Part shown: one piece after another, positions 14,908-26,636 of the stretch | Numbering within the stretch: position 1 is the stretch's first letter | Layout: the number at the start of each line of letters is the position of its first letter | From: a virus | DNA: 64,000 nt | IMG/VR virus record: IMGVR_UViG_3300025362_000004 | Location: 1-64,000 of that record | Direction: 5' to 3' (one strand) | The notes under the pieces: generated by a model | The model's input: the letters and a program-made list of their open reading frames with translations, nothing else | Told to the model about the DNA's origin: nothing | Databases searched by the model: none | Translations under genes and position numbers: made by a program

Positions 14908-15276
14908 TTATTTGAGAGTTTTTATTGTTTCTCCCAATTCGTCCCTCTGTTTTTCTAATTCTTCTAAACTAAAATTCTTTAATAAAGTTTGTATCGTTTC
15001 AGAATTTGTTAGCTTAGTAATAATCTCTACTATTTTGTTTGAAATTCTTTCTTCATCTAGAGTTTCTAACCACTCATTCATTTGTTCCATAAGTGAATTA
15101 TTTGCTTTTTGATAATTAAAGTAATTTTTATATAATTCCATTAATGGAATCCTTGTTGTTTTATAATAATCACTCAATCTGTATTCTTTTTCCCAAGATT
15201 TAATTAACTCTATCGAGTCTAAGAATGTTGAGTAATATGCTTCGTCTAAAACACTTAATATTTCTATTTTATTCAT
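14908..15276 (-). CDS. putative tail assembly chaperone
   Basis: Helical 122 aa ORF immediately upstream of the tape measure gene. Confidence 0.45.
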   Translation of the reverse strand: MNKIEILSVLDEAYYSTFLDSIELIKSWEKEYRLSDYYKTTRIPLMELYKNYFNYQKANNSLMEQMNEWLETLDEERISNKIVEIITKLTNSETIQTLLKNFSLEELEKQRDELGETIKTLK

Positions 15277-16671
15277 TTATTTTCTCCCTTTGGCATTAGC
15301 CAGATTTATTGTATATCACACTTGTGATATCATTGTATTATGTTTAATTTGTGGACCAATGCCCGCAAGTTCTTTATATATATCATCGCTACTACTTAAA
15401 CCTTTAAGTTTTTTTCTTTTGTTTTTTCATAGTGTTTTTAACTGTGATTTATTTGCTTTAGTATCCCATTTATTAACTCGGTAACTAATAACAGTACCGT
15501 CTTTTTTACTAACTTTATTTTTTAAATCTTTTACTATCATTTCTAAGACATCTGATGTCCATAGGAATCCGCCTTGGAATGAAATTAATACTGAATAATA
15601 TTCTTTACCATTTCTGATACCATCTAAAGCAGATATCAAATTATTATAAAAAGCTAATTCTCGCTCTATCTTAAAGAACTTCCTATAAATAACTTTAAAT
15701 TTATTTTCAGCTGCCATATCCTCTCCATAGTCTAAACTATATAATTGTAAAGCACCTAAGTTTCTTCTAATATAATTTAATTCCTTTCTATATTTTGTAA
15801 AATTAATACTCTCATTAGACTCAAAATTGGCTCTCTTTATAGAGTATTTTTCTGCTTGTGACTTAACGTTAATACCAAATGGTTGTTTTTTCCCATTTAA
15901 TATAATCTGTAAATCAATTACAGTGCCTGCGTCTTTCAATTCTTCACCAACAAGCAATGTATTTAAGGTTCTACTAATTGCTAATTTAGTTAATGGCTCT
16001 ATTGTCCAACCTACGTCTATAGTATGTTTTACAGCCATTTTAAATAATTTATTTAACGCATCTCTATCCATTGGACTAGTATTATAACCCGTAGCAAACT
16101 TTAATAAATTTTGAACAGATTCTCCATAAACCCCTGCTTTAGCATCATCAGATGTAGCACCTTTTTTAATAAGGTCTCCATACGATAATACATATTCTAC
16201 ATATGCACTTCCAATTTCTTGCATTTGTGTATTAAAATATTCAACAGCTTCTTTTTCAGCTTTATCTATATCTTCCTTAGTGCCTTTAGTGTTCTTACTT
16301 GTTTTCTTTGTAGCTTTTGGGTCTTTTTTTATTTTAGCTTTTAGTTTTTTTCAATCACCAACTGCAACATTAACCTTACTAGTCCCTTCTCCAAATTCTG
16401 CATCTAAACTTTCAATAAGATTTTCTTTAGTAGATTCTTCTTTCCCTGGAGTTTGCTTATAGGCTTCAATAAATTCTTTTTCTTTACTTTTTATAAGAAT
16501 TATTTGTTCTCTTACTTGTTTTTGAACTCTTAAATTAATCTTACTTAATCAAGTTTCATATTTATCAAAAGCGAGTTTATTTTCATATGTTCTAACAAAA
16601 GTTTCTTTATGAGTATGAGTATAAGTATTAAAAAGACTATCATCTTTTAAAAATATTGGTCTCCATTCCAT
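15277..16671 (-). CDS. hypothetical tail-region protein, about 464 aa (TGA=Trp)
   Basis: ATG at 16671 is in frame with ORF 15427-16224 and reads through TGAs to TAA at 15277, abutting both neighbours. Confidence 0.65.
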
Positions 16672-16673
16672 AA

Positions 16674-17396
16674 TTAATCCTCGAATATAATATAGTTATT
16701 TACGTCATCAATTATAATGAATTCAATAGGAATTTTGATTAAATCTTTAGGTATGAAATTAAATTCAACCATTGATTTTAAAGCAACTTTTCCAAGTTTA
16801 ATAATAATATTTTTTGTTTGTTTATCTATATTACCAACTCCTTGAATTTGGATTGACATATACGGTACATTAGATTGGTCTAAACTATACTTTGTGCCAA
16901 CTATTTCAGAAGAAAAAGAAATAGTGTAGTCTAATCCGTCTGTGATATTGGGACTTGTAAAAGAATTTGACGCGGCTGTATAGGTTACATCAGTAATCTT
17001 AGTAAAACTAGAATCGTATATAATAGCTGAAGTATCATCATAAACTTCTTTATTCATATATATAACGTTTCCACTTGCCGTTAAAACTGAAAATTCTTTT
17101 TTACCTTCACTAACTGTATCACCTGTATAGGCAATTAATAAGCTAACTATTTTTTTAGTTAATGATACTTGTCCAATTATTAAACTTTCTAGTCCTTTTA
17201 AGTTATAACTAACTACGTTTTTAACTGCAGAACCTTGTTTATTAAATTCTTTATATTTTAATAGTGTTAAAGCGTCTTTTATGTAAATATACGGTTCATC
17301 AGCCGCATACGTTTTTCCATTTATTATAGTCTCTACAACAAAGCTAATAATAATATTCGCTTTACTGCCTACTTCTATTAAACTCTTACCTGTCAT
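16674..17396 (-). CDS. hypothetical tail-region protein
   Basis: Intact 240 aa ORF with GAGGTG RBS and its own upstream promoter-like sequence. Confidence 0.6.
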   Translation of the reverse strand: MTGKSLIEVGSKANIIISFVVETIINGKTYAADEPYIYIKDALTLLKYKEFNKQGSAVKNVVSYNLKGLESLIIGQVSLTKKIVSLLIAYTGDTVSEGKKEFSVLTASGNVIYMNKEVYDDTSAIIYDSSFTKITDVTYTAASNSFTSPNITDGLDYTISFSSEIVGTKYSLDQSNVPYMSIQIQGVGNIDKQTKNIIIKLGKVALKSMVEFNFIPKDLIKIPIEFIIIDDVNNYIIFED

Positions 17397-17552
17397 ATTA
17401 ACACCTCTTTTAGAAGTCTATTCTTACCCTTCTATAAATATTATAACACAGAATACCTAAAAAAACAATTCCTTATCAACTAAGAATGGAATATCTAAAG
17501 CATAAAAAAAGAACCCATAAATTGGGTCCTTTAGTTTTGTTGTGTATATATA

Positions 17553-18365
17553 TTATGTTACTTTTTCTGTTATATAGAAGAAGTCTCCAGCTGCATTAGG
17601 GAATAATTCCCCAGCAAGCGACATAATTCCTAAATCTCCTTCCGATTCCATATTTATATTAAATATACCATCAGTTAAGAACTCAGGGAATACTAGCCAA
17701 ATATTTTCTACTTCTCCATCTGCCTTATTAACGACTGCAGTGTTACCTACGATTGCATAAGCATTTGGAAACGAATCATCGACTGATATAGTGTTTCCAT
17801 CAGTTGAAACATTAGCTCCCCCTATAATAGAAAGCGCATCTTTATTGAATACAACTCCTTCCATTTCAAGTCTCATAGTTTTCCCATAACGAACACAAGG
17901 TTTAGCTTCAGTTCCTCCTCTTACTTCTTTACGAGGGCCTTCTTGAGTTACGTTTGAAATTGTTAAACACTCTAGCGTTGCATCTTTTCTGATATAAGTA
18001 GCTAAAGCCGTACTAGACGGAATTAGTTCTGAAGCATCATGTGCGTCTATAACAAGAACTGCTACAGAAGCAGTGCTCATAGTAACTGAACCATCGCTTA
18101 AATCAATAGTTGCTGTACCATTAGTAGTGCTGGTTAATAATATTGTATTCAGAGAAGTTGTAACTGAAGCTATAGTTTCTCCTCCTACTGAACTGGTTGC
18201 CATTAAGGCCTCAAGTGCAGTGCTCTGCGCTGCAAGTTCAACAGGAACATCAACTGTTCCAGCCGCACCTACAACTAAATCATAACTTTTTCCTTCTGTA
18301 AATGCAGTATCAATGATATCTACATCCATTACTGTGACAAATGCTAAATTAGCTGCTAAAGCCAT
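17553..18365 (-). CDS. major tail (tube) protein paralog with about 100 aa insertion
   Basis: Shares MAL.NLAFVTVMDV and ECLTISN.TQEGPRKE.RGG.EAKPC.RYGKTMRLEME with 18379-18891. A hairpin/terminator follows at about 17505-17535. Confidence 0.65.
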   Translation of the reverse strand: MALAANLAFVTVMDVDIIDTAFTEGKSYDLVVGAAGTVDVPVELAAQSTALEALMATSSVGGETIASVTTSLNTILLTSTTNGTATIDLSDGSVTMSTASVAVLVIDAHDASELIPSSTALATYIRKDATLECLTISNVTQEGPRKEVRGGTEAKPCVRYGKTMRLEMEGVVFNKDALSIIGGANVSTDGNTISVDDSFPNAYAIVGNTAVVNKADGEVENIWLVFPEFLTDGIFNINMESEGDLGIMSLAGELFPNAAGDFFYITEKVT

Positions 18366-18378
18366 TATCTATCACCTC

Positions 18379-18891
18379 TTAACCAGTAATAACGAAGTAG
18401 TTACCATCATCATCGGCGAATAGTTCTCCCGCAAGAGAAATCATTCCGATATCCCCTTCTGATTCCATAGTAATATTCATTACTGAGTCTGGTAAAAAGT
18501 TATTAAATGTAATTGTTGCTTCTTGTCTCTCTCCTGTCGAATTGTCAACTACATAAGTAGTTCCTACAATCTTAAGTTGACCAGCGAATGTGTCTGTAAA
18601 TTTAACAGTATCAGCTGTATCAATGTCTGCCCCAAAGAAGGCGTTCATTAAAGATTTTCTCATAACTACATCTTCCATTTCTAGTCTCATTGTTTTGCCG
18701 TAACGGATGCAAGGTTTTGCTTCACGACCGCCACGAGCTTCTTTACGAGGCCCTTCTTGAGTGATATTTGAGATTGTCAAACATTCGATTGTTCCTAGGA
18801 GATTAGTCCATGTGTCATTCCCTAACACAGTTTCATTATAGATTGATACATCCATAACTGTGACAAAAGCTAAGTTTGTTGGTAATGCCAT
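18379..18891 (-). CDS. major tail (tube) protein
   Basis: Beta-rich 170 aa ORF between the neck and tape measure genes; paralog of the adjacent gene. Confidence 0.65.
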   Translation of the reverse strand: MALPTNLAFVTVMDVSIYNETVLGNDTWTNLLGTIECLTISNITQEGPRKEARGGREAKPCIRYGKTMRLEMEDVVMRKSLMNAFFGADIDTADTVKFTDTFAGQLKIVGTTYVVDNSTGERQEATITFNNFLPDSVMNITMESEGDIGMISLAGELFADDDGNYFVITG

Positions 18892-18903
18892 TTATTTCAC
18901 CTC

Positions 18904-19608
18904 TTATTTTTCTATAAAGTATTTATGTTTTTTTGCTAAACCGTTACCAGCCGCTATTTTACTTACTTCATAGTTTGCAATTTTCCCCACATACTTAAAT
19001 AAATAGTATATGGTATATAAATTCATTTGCATTAAATCCTCAATTTTATATTGTGGAAATTCATAAAGGATAGCCGCAAACAAATCTTCAAAAGACGTAC
19101 CCTCTTTATTTTGTGCATTTCTACGAATTTTTGCAACTCGTAGTTTTGCTTGTTTTTCTTTCTTAGTAAATTCATCATCATCGTCATTTATTATTATTTT
19201 TTCTTTGTCTATACTCAGTAAAATAACTCGAATAATCTCATTAAATAATTTTTCATTTACTATTATATTTTTAATTTTTAGTACTTTATCAAAAATTATG
19301 CCATCTATCATTGAGGATAGCCCTTCTAAAATGCTGCTAGATAGAGTCTCGAATGTCGGGTTTGTAGTTCTTAAACTACAAATCAAATGAACGAAACTAT
19401 AATAACTTTTTATTGGTGTATTAATCATTTTTTGAATCTCTTCTAAATCTTGTTGGAAAAAATTTATACAAAATGACAAATCATCATTAGAATACAAAGA
19501 TTCTACAGTTGGCAATTTTAATTCAAATTGTATTTCTTCTTCTCCTGTAAAGATTACTGGCTTATTCGCTAATAGATAAAATTTTGTTGCATTATGTTTA
19601 AAATTCAT
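18904..19608 (-). CDS. hypothetical morphogenesis protein (chaperone-like)
   Basis: Intact 234 aa ORF within the structural operon. Confidence 0.55.
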   Translation of the reverse strand: MNFKHNATKFYLLANKPVIFTGEEEIQFELKLPTVESLYSNDDLSFCINFFQQDLEEIQKMINTPIKSYYSFVHLICSLRTTNPTFETLSSSILEGLSSMIDGIIFDKVLKIKNIIVNEKLFNEIIRVILLSIDKEKIIINDDDDEFTKKEKQAKLRVAKIRRNAQNKEGTSFEDLFAAILYEFPQYKIEDLMQMNLYTIYYLFKYVGKIANYEVSKIAAGNGLAKKHKYFIEK

Positions 19609-20092
19609 ACTCTCATCCAGCTCCTTCTTCTAGTCCGAAAATAACCATATATCCTGAGATTTCCTCGTTCAACACAACTAGCTGTGAACTCATAAAATGT
19701 AGCTTATGACTTATATCAAACTTCCTATTATTTAATAGATTATAAACATTCTCAATTATCTCTAACGGTCTAATTTTTTCATCATCTAATTCTCATAAAG
19801 TGTTTTTACACATGATATTAACTCGTAAAGCCCCTTCGAAGAGACTTTCTTCTTTATTCTCACTAAATTCTACCAAATTAATAGTAATAAAATTAGATTT
19901 GTTGAATGGTTCAACGTTAATATTAAAAACTGGATTCAAATAAATATAATCATTTATTAAAGAATAATCTACATCATCTTTTGCCAATGCATCGCTTGTT
20001 CCGTAATATAATAATTTTCTCAAATCAGAATTACCCTTTAAAGAGCTCTTTATTTGAAATAACGAAGTTTGTAAATTAGTAAAAATTCCCAT
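19598..20092 (-). CDS. tail terminator/completion protein (TGA=Trp)
   Basis: ORF 19793-20092 continues (L*ELDDEKIRPLEI) to TAA at 19598; neck position. Confidence 0.6.
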
Positions 20093-20901
20093 TATGTAGT
20101 CACCTCGTAAGCTGTAACAACATCTTCACTACTAACATTATGAGTCGTGATATCTATTGAATCAAAACCGAAAGGTAATTTGAATGTTACAGTCGTAGCT
20201 GTTCTTGATATTATATTTATGTTTTCGCTACCAGCAAGGTACGCGTCATAAGTATCAAATGTATATTCTACCATAGGATGTAATATATCGCTATCTTCTG
20301 GAGTAAATGTTTCGATTGCTTCATTTTTAATAGTTGTTCTTTCTACATATAAGTAATTAATTCCATCGTTACTAATCTTATCATAATCAATTATTTTCCA
20401 ACCTTTTGTTCCGACAGTAATTTCTGTATTAATATCGAAACTTGAATCAGTTGGCATAATTAATAGTGCTGTCTCATCAGGCAATAATGCCGCATCGTTT
20501 TCCAAAGTATTAAAACTCTTTTGACGAATCCCGCTTATAAAATAAGCATAATAAGAAGTCGAACCAAGTGTCACTCTAACATTACATTCTAGCGATTTTT
20601 GTTTCTTCCAAACTAGCGTTGAATCTGTTAATTTTCTATTTTCATAAACCAAATAATAATTTTCATCATATATATAATAATCTCCTTTTAAAAGACTATC
20701 TTCGATTAAAGTAAAAATTATACTTTCATCTGGACCCTCTTTGTCTGTTATAACAACGGCGGCCTTAATATCCTTATCTAATCTTACATGTGTAATATCT
20801 TGTGATAAGCGGCCTTCAGTAATGAAAGCGGCTGACCTTTCATCATAACATGAAGTTTTTATCGCTTGTACTTTTCGAAAAGTGTCATAGACACTACTCA
20901 T
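20092..20901 (-). CDS. head closure/neck protein
   Basis: ORF with GAGGAG RBS before ATG at 20901; neck position. Confidence 0.55.
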   Translation of the reverse strand: MSSVYDTFRKVQAIKTSCYDERSAAFITEGRLSQDITHVRLDKDIKAAVVITDKEGPDESIIFTLIEDSLLKGDYYIYDENYYLVYENRKLTDSTLVWKKQKSLECNVRVTLGSTSYYAYFISGIRQKSFNTLENDAALLPDETALLIMPTDSSFDINTEITVGTKGWKIIDYDKISNDGINYLYVERTTIKNEAIETFTPEDSDILHPMVEYTFDTYDAYLAGSENINIISRTATTVTFKLPFGFDSIDITTHNVSSEDVVTAYEVTT

Positions 20902-21382
20902 TAATATCTCCTCATTTAGATGTCCCATCTGCATTTACTCTGTAATAATCATACTCTGTATCCTTCGCTTCTTTTTTAAATGTTTTATACATTTTATCTA
21001 GCTTATCTAGGGTATTCCCAGGCGAGTGCATTCTAATTTCTTTATCATAATATGCATTCGTAAAATTTCTTTCTGCTGATATTTGAAATTCAATTCAAAG
21101 TTGTTTCATGCGAGAGACAATTACATTGTATTCTCTTTGAGTAATAGGATAAGTTGTTTCATCAAAATAATAACCTTTTGCTATATCTGTGATATCAGTA
21201 TTAACAGTATCATCCCACGAATAACTTAATGAAATCTGTGGAAACTTGAACTTTGCAATTGCTCTAATAGCCAATTTGTCTAGTTCTCCTTGTATATCGT
21301 AATCGGTATATTCTGATATAGTACAACTATCTATTGATTGCAGGAACTGAGGAAATAGGGTATCTTCCCAGTAACTAGCCAT
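20894..21382 (-). CDS. head-tail adaptor protein (TGA=Trp)
   Basis: ORF 21095-21382 reads through TGA (MKQL*IE...HSPGNTLDKL) to TAG at 20894. Confidence 0.6.
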
Positions 21383-21911
21383 CTAAGTCGACATCGTCTA
21401 AGATTGCGCTATAAGTTTCTTTGATATAGTTTATAGTTCCGTAATTTAATTTTTCACGGACAGCTCTAGCTGCACCAACAAAATCTCTAATTAGTTTACC
21501 ATTAGCATTGCCCATCAACGTTTTAATTACGCTAAGGTCGTTTTTAATTAATGCTTTTCTCATTTCTTTTATAGTAATCTTAGGGTCTTTAATAGAGTCA
21601 GGTACATATAGTCCTTCACTCTCAGCCAATTCAATTAACAAATCTAAATCTTTAAAAGCAATATATCCTTTATCTAATTGATTAAGCGCTCCATCTGTTG
21701 TGAATACTCCTAATGCTCATTTAGTAGGCACTACTTGGAATTCTTTATCATATCTCATGCTAATAGTTCTTCCAGGTGCTGATAAATCAAATGGTTCTAG
21801 AAAGACTGAAATACCGCCTCTATAGTTTTTTACCATCGTGAAGTTTTGTGGATATACTTTTGTTGCTTCTCCATCTTTTAGTGTTTGTTCTTTTCTTATA
21901 AATTGTGTCAT
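21375..21911 (-). CDS. hypothetical head-associated protein (TGA=Trp)
   Basis: ORFs 21717-21911 and 21375-21641 are in frame across one TGA. Confidence 0.6.
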
Positions 21912-21991
21912 TTTATTTCTCCTTTTTTTAAGAATAGGCTAGTAGGCTCTACTAGCCTATAATTATTTTAATAATATTCTTAATCGTACTA

Positions 21992-23008
21992 TTATACTGT
22001 TGTATCTTCGTATAATCCGATATTGTTGCTTAATAATAAGCTAACTCCAACTTGTTTGTGTCCATTTTGTTCTTTTGAACCAGTTGGATGTACATCTTCA
22101 GTAATATAAAAGTCTCCTTTTAATGCTACTTTGATAGGTTTAACGTCTCCAGGTAAGATAAATAAGAAACTTTCATCTAATAACCAAGTCGCGTTAGTAA
22201 CTTCGTTTGTAATGTAGTTAGGTAAAACTACTACTGGTGTTCCTTTGTATTTCCCAACATAGCCTTGAGCTTTAATTTCATCTAAATCTGAATTTGGAGC
22301 TGTAGCTGTTGAGTATGCAGGAGCCGCAATAATGTTATTGATTTTATCAACAACTGAACGGAATCCTAAAATCATTGGTGAGCCATAAGCTGCAATAATT
22401 CTTATGATTGGATCGATTGAAGCTTGAACGAATCCTGATGCTGTAGTCGCATTTGCTGCTGGAGAGTAACTTCCTGCTGTTTGTAATGCTTCAATTACTT
22501 GAACATACATTCTTTCAACGAATCCATCAAGGATGTTATTCATTAAGTCAACTAAACTTTCTTTACCTAAAATAATTTCTTCTAGTGTAACGAATACTCC
22601 AACAGTTTCAACCCATGTTTCCATAGCCATGTAAGCGTTGTCTAATCTAGCTGCTTGGTAAATTCCACCACGTGAACCTTTCTTGATTGTTAACCAAGCA
22701 CGTCTTTTACCTTTTTTGTTAATTTTGAACATAACTTCGTCATCACGAGCGAAGTTTTTAACTTCTGCGAATTGTCCTACTCTTTCTTGTAATGCTCTTG
22801 GTAATTCAATATCAAGAACTTCTTCGATTAATGCGAACATTTCATCTTTGTGAATACGAATTTCACGTGGAGAAAGGTCTTTTAATCCGTAGAATTCAAT
22901 TAGTGCATTTCTTGTAGCTGATTCTGTATCTGCGAAGTCGATACCTGCTACAGGTCTAAAGTTTGCTAATAATAAAGCTTTTAATTGTGTTTTTTCCATT
23001 ATTATCAC
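21992..23008 (-). CDS. major capsid protein
   Basis: About 335 aa, downstream of the scaffold and decoration genes. G.YKGTPVVVLPN is capsid-like; a hairpin follows at about 21935-21960. Confidence 0.8.
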   Translation of the reverse strand: MIIMEKTQLKALLLANFRPVAGIDFADTESATRNALIEFYGLKDLSPREIRIHKDEMFALIEEVLDIELPRALQERVGQFAEVKNFARDDEVMFKINKKGKRRAWLTIKKGSRGGIYQAARLDNAYMAMETWVETVGVFVTLEEIILGKESLVDLMNNILDGFVERMYVQVIEALQTAGSYSPAANATTASGFVQASIDPIIRIIAAYGSPMILGFRSVVDKINNIIAAPAYSTATAPNSDLDEIKAQGYVGKYKGTPVVVLPNYITNEVTNATWLLDESFLFILPGDVKPIKVALKGDFYITEDVHPTGSKEQNGHKQVGVSLLLSNNIGLYEDTTV

Positions 23009-23011
23009 CTA

Positions 23012-23548
23012 TTACGCGTGAGCTGCATATAACAATGAGTTATATAGTCCCAAGTAAGTTAATCTAACTGCTGCATCGCCAGTAGGTAGAGTTGATGCTT
23101 CAGAAGCAAAGATTGTATCTTTATCTGCTGATGTTTGTAAAGTTATTTTTCCAGATACTGCTTTCGCAAAAGCTTGTGTTGCTGGTGTTCCTGTAAATCT
23201 GTCTGTAGTAAATGTATCTCCTACATATAATCCGATTAGACGAGGATAAATTTCGTCGTCTGCGTCTTCTTCTACTGCGAAGTATTTTAATGCATCCATA
23301 TATGTATTAAGTTCTTCTGTGTAGTGTAGGAAAGGTTGTGTATGTGTTCCAATCGCAAAGTCTGCTATTTCTAAGTCGCTACCTAAACCTAAAATTGCAC
23401 CATTTTCTAAAAAGTCATTAGTGTAAGTTTCGTTTAAAGTAACACCAGAGCCAGCTAAGTATTGCGCTAGAACGTGTCCCATTCTTAATCCAGCTAGTGA
23501 GTTAACCTCTACTACTGGAAAAGTTGGTAAGTTGTCTAAAAATGCCAT
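23012..23548 (-). CDS. capsid decoration/minor head protein
   Basis: 178 aa beta-rich ORF (LENGAILG...LYVGDTFTT) between scaffold and capsid. Confidence 0.6.
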   Translation of the reverse strand: MAFLDNLPTFPVVEVNSLAGLRMGHVLAQYLAGSGVTLNETYTNDFLENGAILGLGSDLEIADFAIGTHTQPFLHYTEELNTYMDALKYFAVEEDADDEIYPRLIGLYVGDTFTTDRFTGTPATQAFAKAVSGKITLQTSADKDTIFASEASTLPTGDAAVRLTYLGLYNSLLYAAHA

Positions 23549-23561
23549 TTATTTCACCTCT

Positions 23562-25067
23562 TTATTTGTATTGCTCGACTAAAGCTTTTATAGCAGATTC
23601 TCTGCTACTTTTCATCTTTGTCGCGTTTATTAGTAATGGGTTCATTACTGTTTTGTTTTTTTCGAACTCTCTCTCTTCTTTTTTTATTCGAGTGAATTCT
23701 TTTGATAGTGTAGTTTCTAATTCATCATAAGAAAAATTATCCACCATATTAACAACTTCTTTAATAAAGTCGCTTGATAAGTCCTCTCTGAAAGATTCAA
23801 CTAACGTTAATTTTCTTTCTTTTCTAAGGGCTTCAAGTTCTGCTCTTTCACCACTATCAAGTGTGGTTGAGCTAAACTCTTGTTCTTCTTGTTCTTCTTC
23901 ATCGTCTTGTCCTTCTTCGAACTCGTCTTTTTCTTCAAGTTCTTGTTCATCTGTTCCACCTTCTTGTTGGTCTTCTACAGATGTTTCATTTTCAAACTCG
24001 CCTTCTGATTCCTCTTCATCATTTTCTTCTTCATGATTTTCTTCTTCAAATTCTTCTTTTTCTTCTTCGTTTTCTTCTTCTTCAAAATCATTTTCTTCTT
24101 CGTTAGCGCCCAGGTCAGAAGATTCGTCTTCAAAGTCATCATCATGTTGTTCATAATCGTTCATAGTTTTTTCCCATTGAGAAATTTCTTCTGCTGTTAA
24201 GTATCTTGGATAAACTTGAATTTTATCACCAAATACTGTATTATCTTCTTCAGAAGTAAAAGAAATTCTAAAAGTATTAGCTTCATATGTTTCTTCATCA
24301 AATATAGTAACTATTACATAGTTCTCGAATAAATCGTTAATGTAGAAATAGTTATATTGAGTCGATAAACTTTTAGCCATGTCTTTCATTTTTTCAGTAT
24401 AGGTTTTTTCTATGAAGATGTTTGTTGCTTTGAATAAATCAAATTCCATTTCTTCATTACCTCTTTTTGTGCTCTCGTCGTATTTTTCTCATTCCGTATT
24501 AAATCCTTTAATAATATCTGTAAGGTCTTTTTGTAGCTTAAAGAATTCAGAGCCAGTAAATGCTGGTTGTTGGTCGTCTCCTAAGACGCTAAGTCCTAAT
24601 AGAGAACCAGTTTTAAATTCAATTGCTTCAACTTTCCCTTCTGCGTTCTTATGTACTTCATAAGTAACATCATCTGGATTTAATTCTAAAGAGTGAGGTT
24701 GTCCTACAATTTTTTGAGCGATTTCTCCCGTTTCGTCTTTTCTACCAGTATATAAGATTACATCGCATATTGCAAATTCTTTGCCATCTTCTTTTTCATA
24801 ATCTACTTGTGTGCTTTCTGGAACAACACCATAAATATACTGATTACTGTGATGTCCTTTAAAATCTTCTTTTTCTTTATCATAGAATCCTACCACGGGC
24901 ACGTAAGGTAGTGTCTTTAATAAATTGTCTGAAAACTCTTTTGTAAATAATCTCTTATCTGGAGTCATTCCAACATAAAAAATTTTCAATTTAGCAATAG
25001 AGTATAAAGGATTTTCACTTTCTTTGTAGTCGAAGACAGTAACAGGAATACTTAAATTAATATCCAT
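23562..25067 (-). CDS. prohead protease-scaffold protein, fused through TGA at 24489, with internal start at 24449
   Basis: The protease-like N-domain (LPYVPVVG, HSLEL, GLSVLG...PAF) is in frame with the acidic scaffold ORF; the linker has no TAA/TAG. Confidence 0.75.
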
Positions 25068-25082
25068 TTTGTCACCCTCTTT

Positions 25083-26624
25083 TTACTTAGCTTTGTCATT
25101 CACTGCTGGCGTTTTTGTTTCTTCCTTTGGCTTGTCTGCTGTAGGTTCTGTTGTTCCCGGTGCTGAATCGGTTGATGTATCTTTGCCAGATTGTGTATGC
25201 GAGCTTTGTAATGGTTGTAATATTTCTTCTAGTTTCAAATAAGTTTCAAGTTCTGCTTTTGGAGTAATATGTTTTTGCTTCGTTCCAGACGCAACAATAA
25301 ACTCCAATATGCCAACACCGTATTCGGCATTACTTCTATAAAGTTCCAACGATTCAGCTTTGTTATAGTGTGTAATTGGTAGCATAGTAAGCTCCACTTG
25401 ATAACCTTTGAAATTATATAAATTGTTCAGCGTTAAGTTGTAAAAACTTACTAACTGTTCAATAAATTTTCATGTAGTCGCGGCATCTTTTGCTAAAGAC
25501 ATAGCTAGTGATTTATCACTATCGCCATTAAATATGTTTGTATTTAATCCGCCTGCGCTATATATAGCATTATGTGCTTTTTCTAAAATCTCGTTTTGAA
25601 TCTTATCATTCTCACCTAAATGATGAACTTCTAAATCTCCAAAAGTTGTAAGCAAACGAGTTCTACTGTTAGAAGCAAGTTGTGCTTTCATTGAAGTATG
25701 TAAATCATGAACTTCCTCAACCTCGAATAATAATTGGTCCTCATAAGACGGTATCTTATGACTTATAATTTTATCTAGTTGAGCGCTATTTCTTTCTACT
25801 TCATTTGCTCGGTATGTGTCATAATCAAAAATACTTTTGATTACTGATAATTTTGTTGGGAAATTCAAATCGTTTAATCTAAGAAACGTTCCGTATCTTC
25901 CGTCAATTATATGATATCTTTGATTTCTATCTGTTTGATAATCTGAATATGCTTGAGTTAATTCCTTAGGATAAAGTTTTAAAACTTCATCTCTAGTATC
26001 AACATTAAGCCCTAAGTTATCAAAATAAGTTGCATCGAACTGATAAATACCTGTTCCGTATTGACTCATCATAATTGGTTGGCAATATGCTGGGTCTAAT
26101 AAGAAAGTAATAACAGTTTGAGAAGATGTATCTTTAGATGTATAAAGATAAACTATTCCATCTTTGTATAAATTTGTTAGAATTATTGGAAAAATGACTT
26201 CTATGTTTAATCCATCGACAACGCTAGTCATCAAATCATAAATTTCGGTATAGTCAGCACTAACCTCTTTTTTCGCTTTTACTGGCATATAGAAATATCT
26301 TCATAAATACATATTAGATAAGAAATCAACTATTGTAGCATAATTGCTATTTGTTCCATAGGCATAATCTGTTAATTGTTTTGCTCTGTCCCAGTTAAAA
26401 CTACTAGAACCTGCACTATTTAATATAGTTGTTAAGTTCGAACTTGTAAAAATACTAGCTGCGGAACTTGTTGATTTTCTAACGAATGTTCTAACCCCAG
26501 TAGTATCGCTATACATTTGTTTAATAGCTTTTCTACGGATAGACATTTTAGAATTTCTTTCTGTTTCTTCTAATTTTAGTTTTTCTTCTAATTCTGACGT
26601 TAATGTTTTATTTATTTCATCCAT
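25083..26624 (-). CDS. portal protein, about 513 aa (TGA=Trp)
   Basis: Three in-frame pieces joined at TGAs; lies between terminase and protease. Confidence 0.75.
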
Positions 26625-26636
26625 TATATCGCCCCT

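Noticed and set aside
730-24663. Plus-strand ORFs in the structural region (for example 730, 5152, 12173, 15827, 18073)
   Set aside because: They are antisense shadows of the minus-strand genes and lack RBSs.
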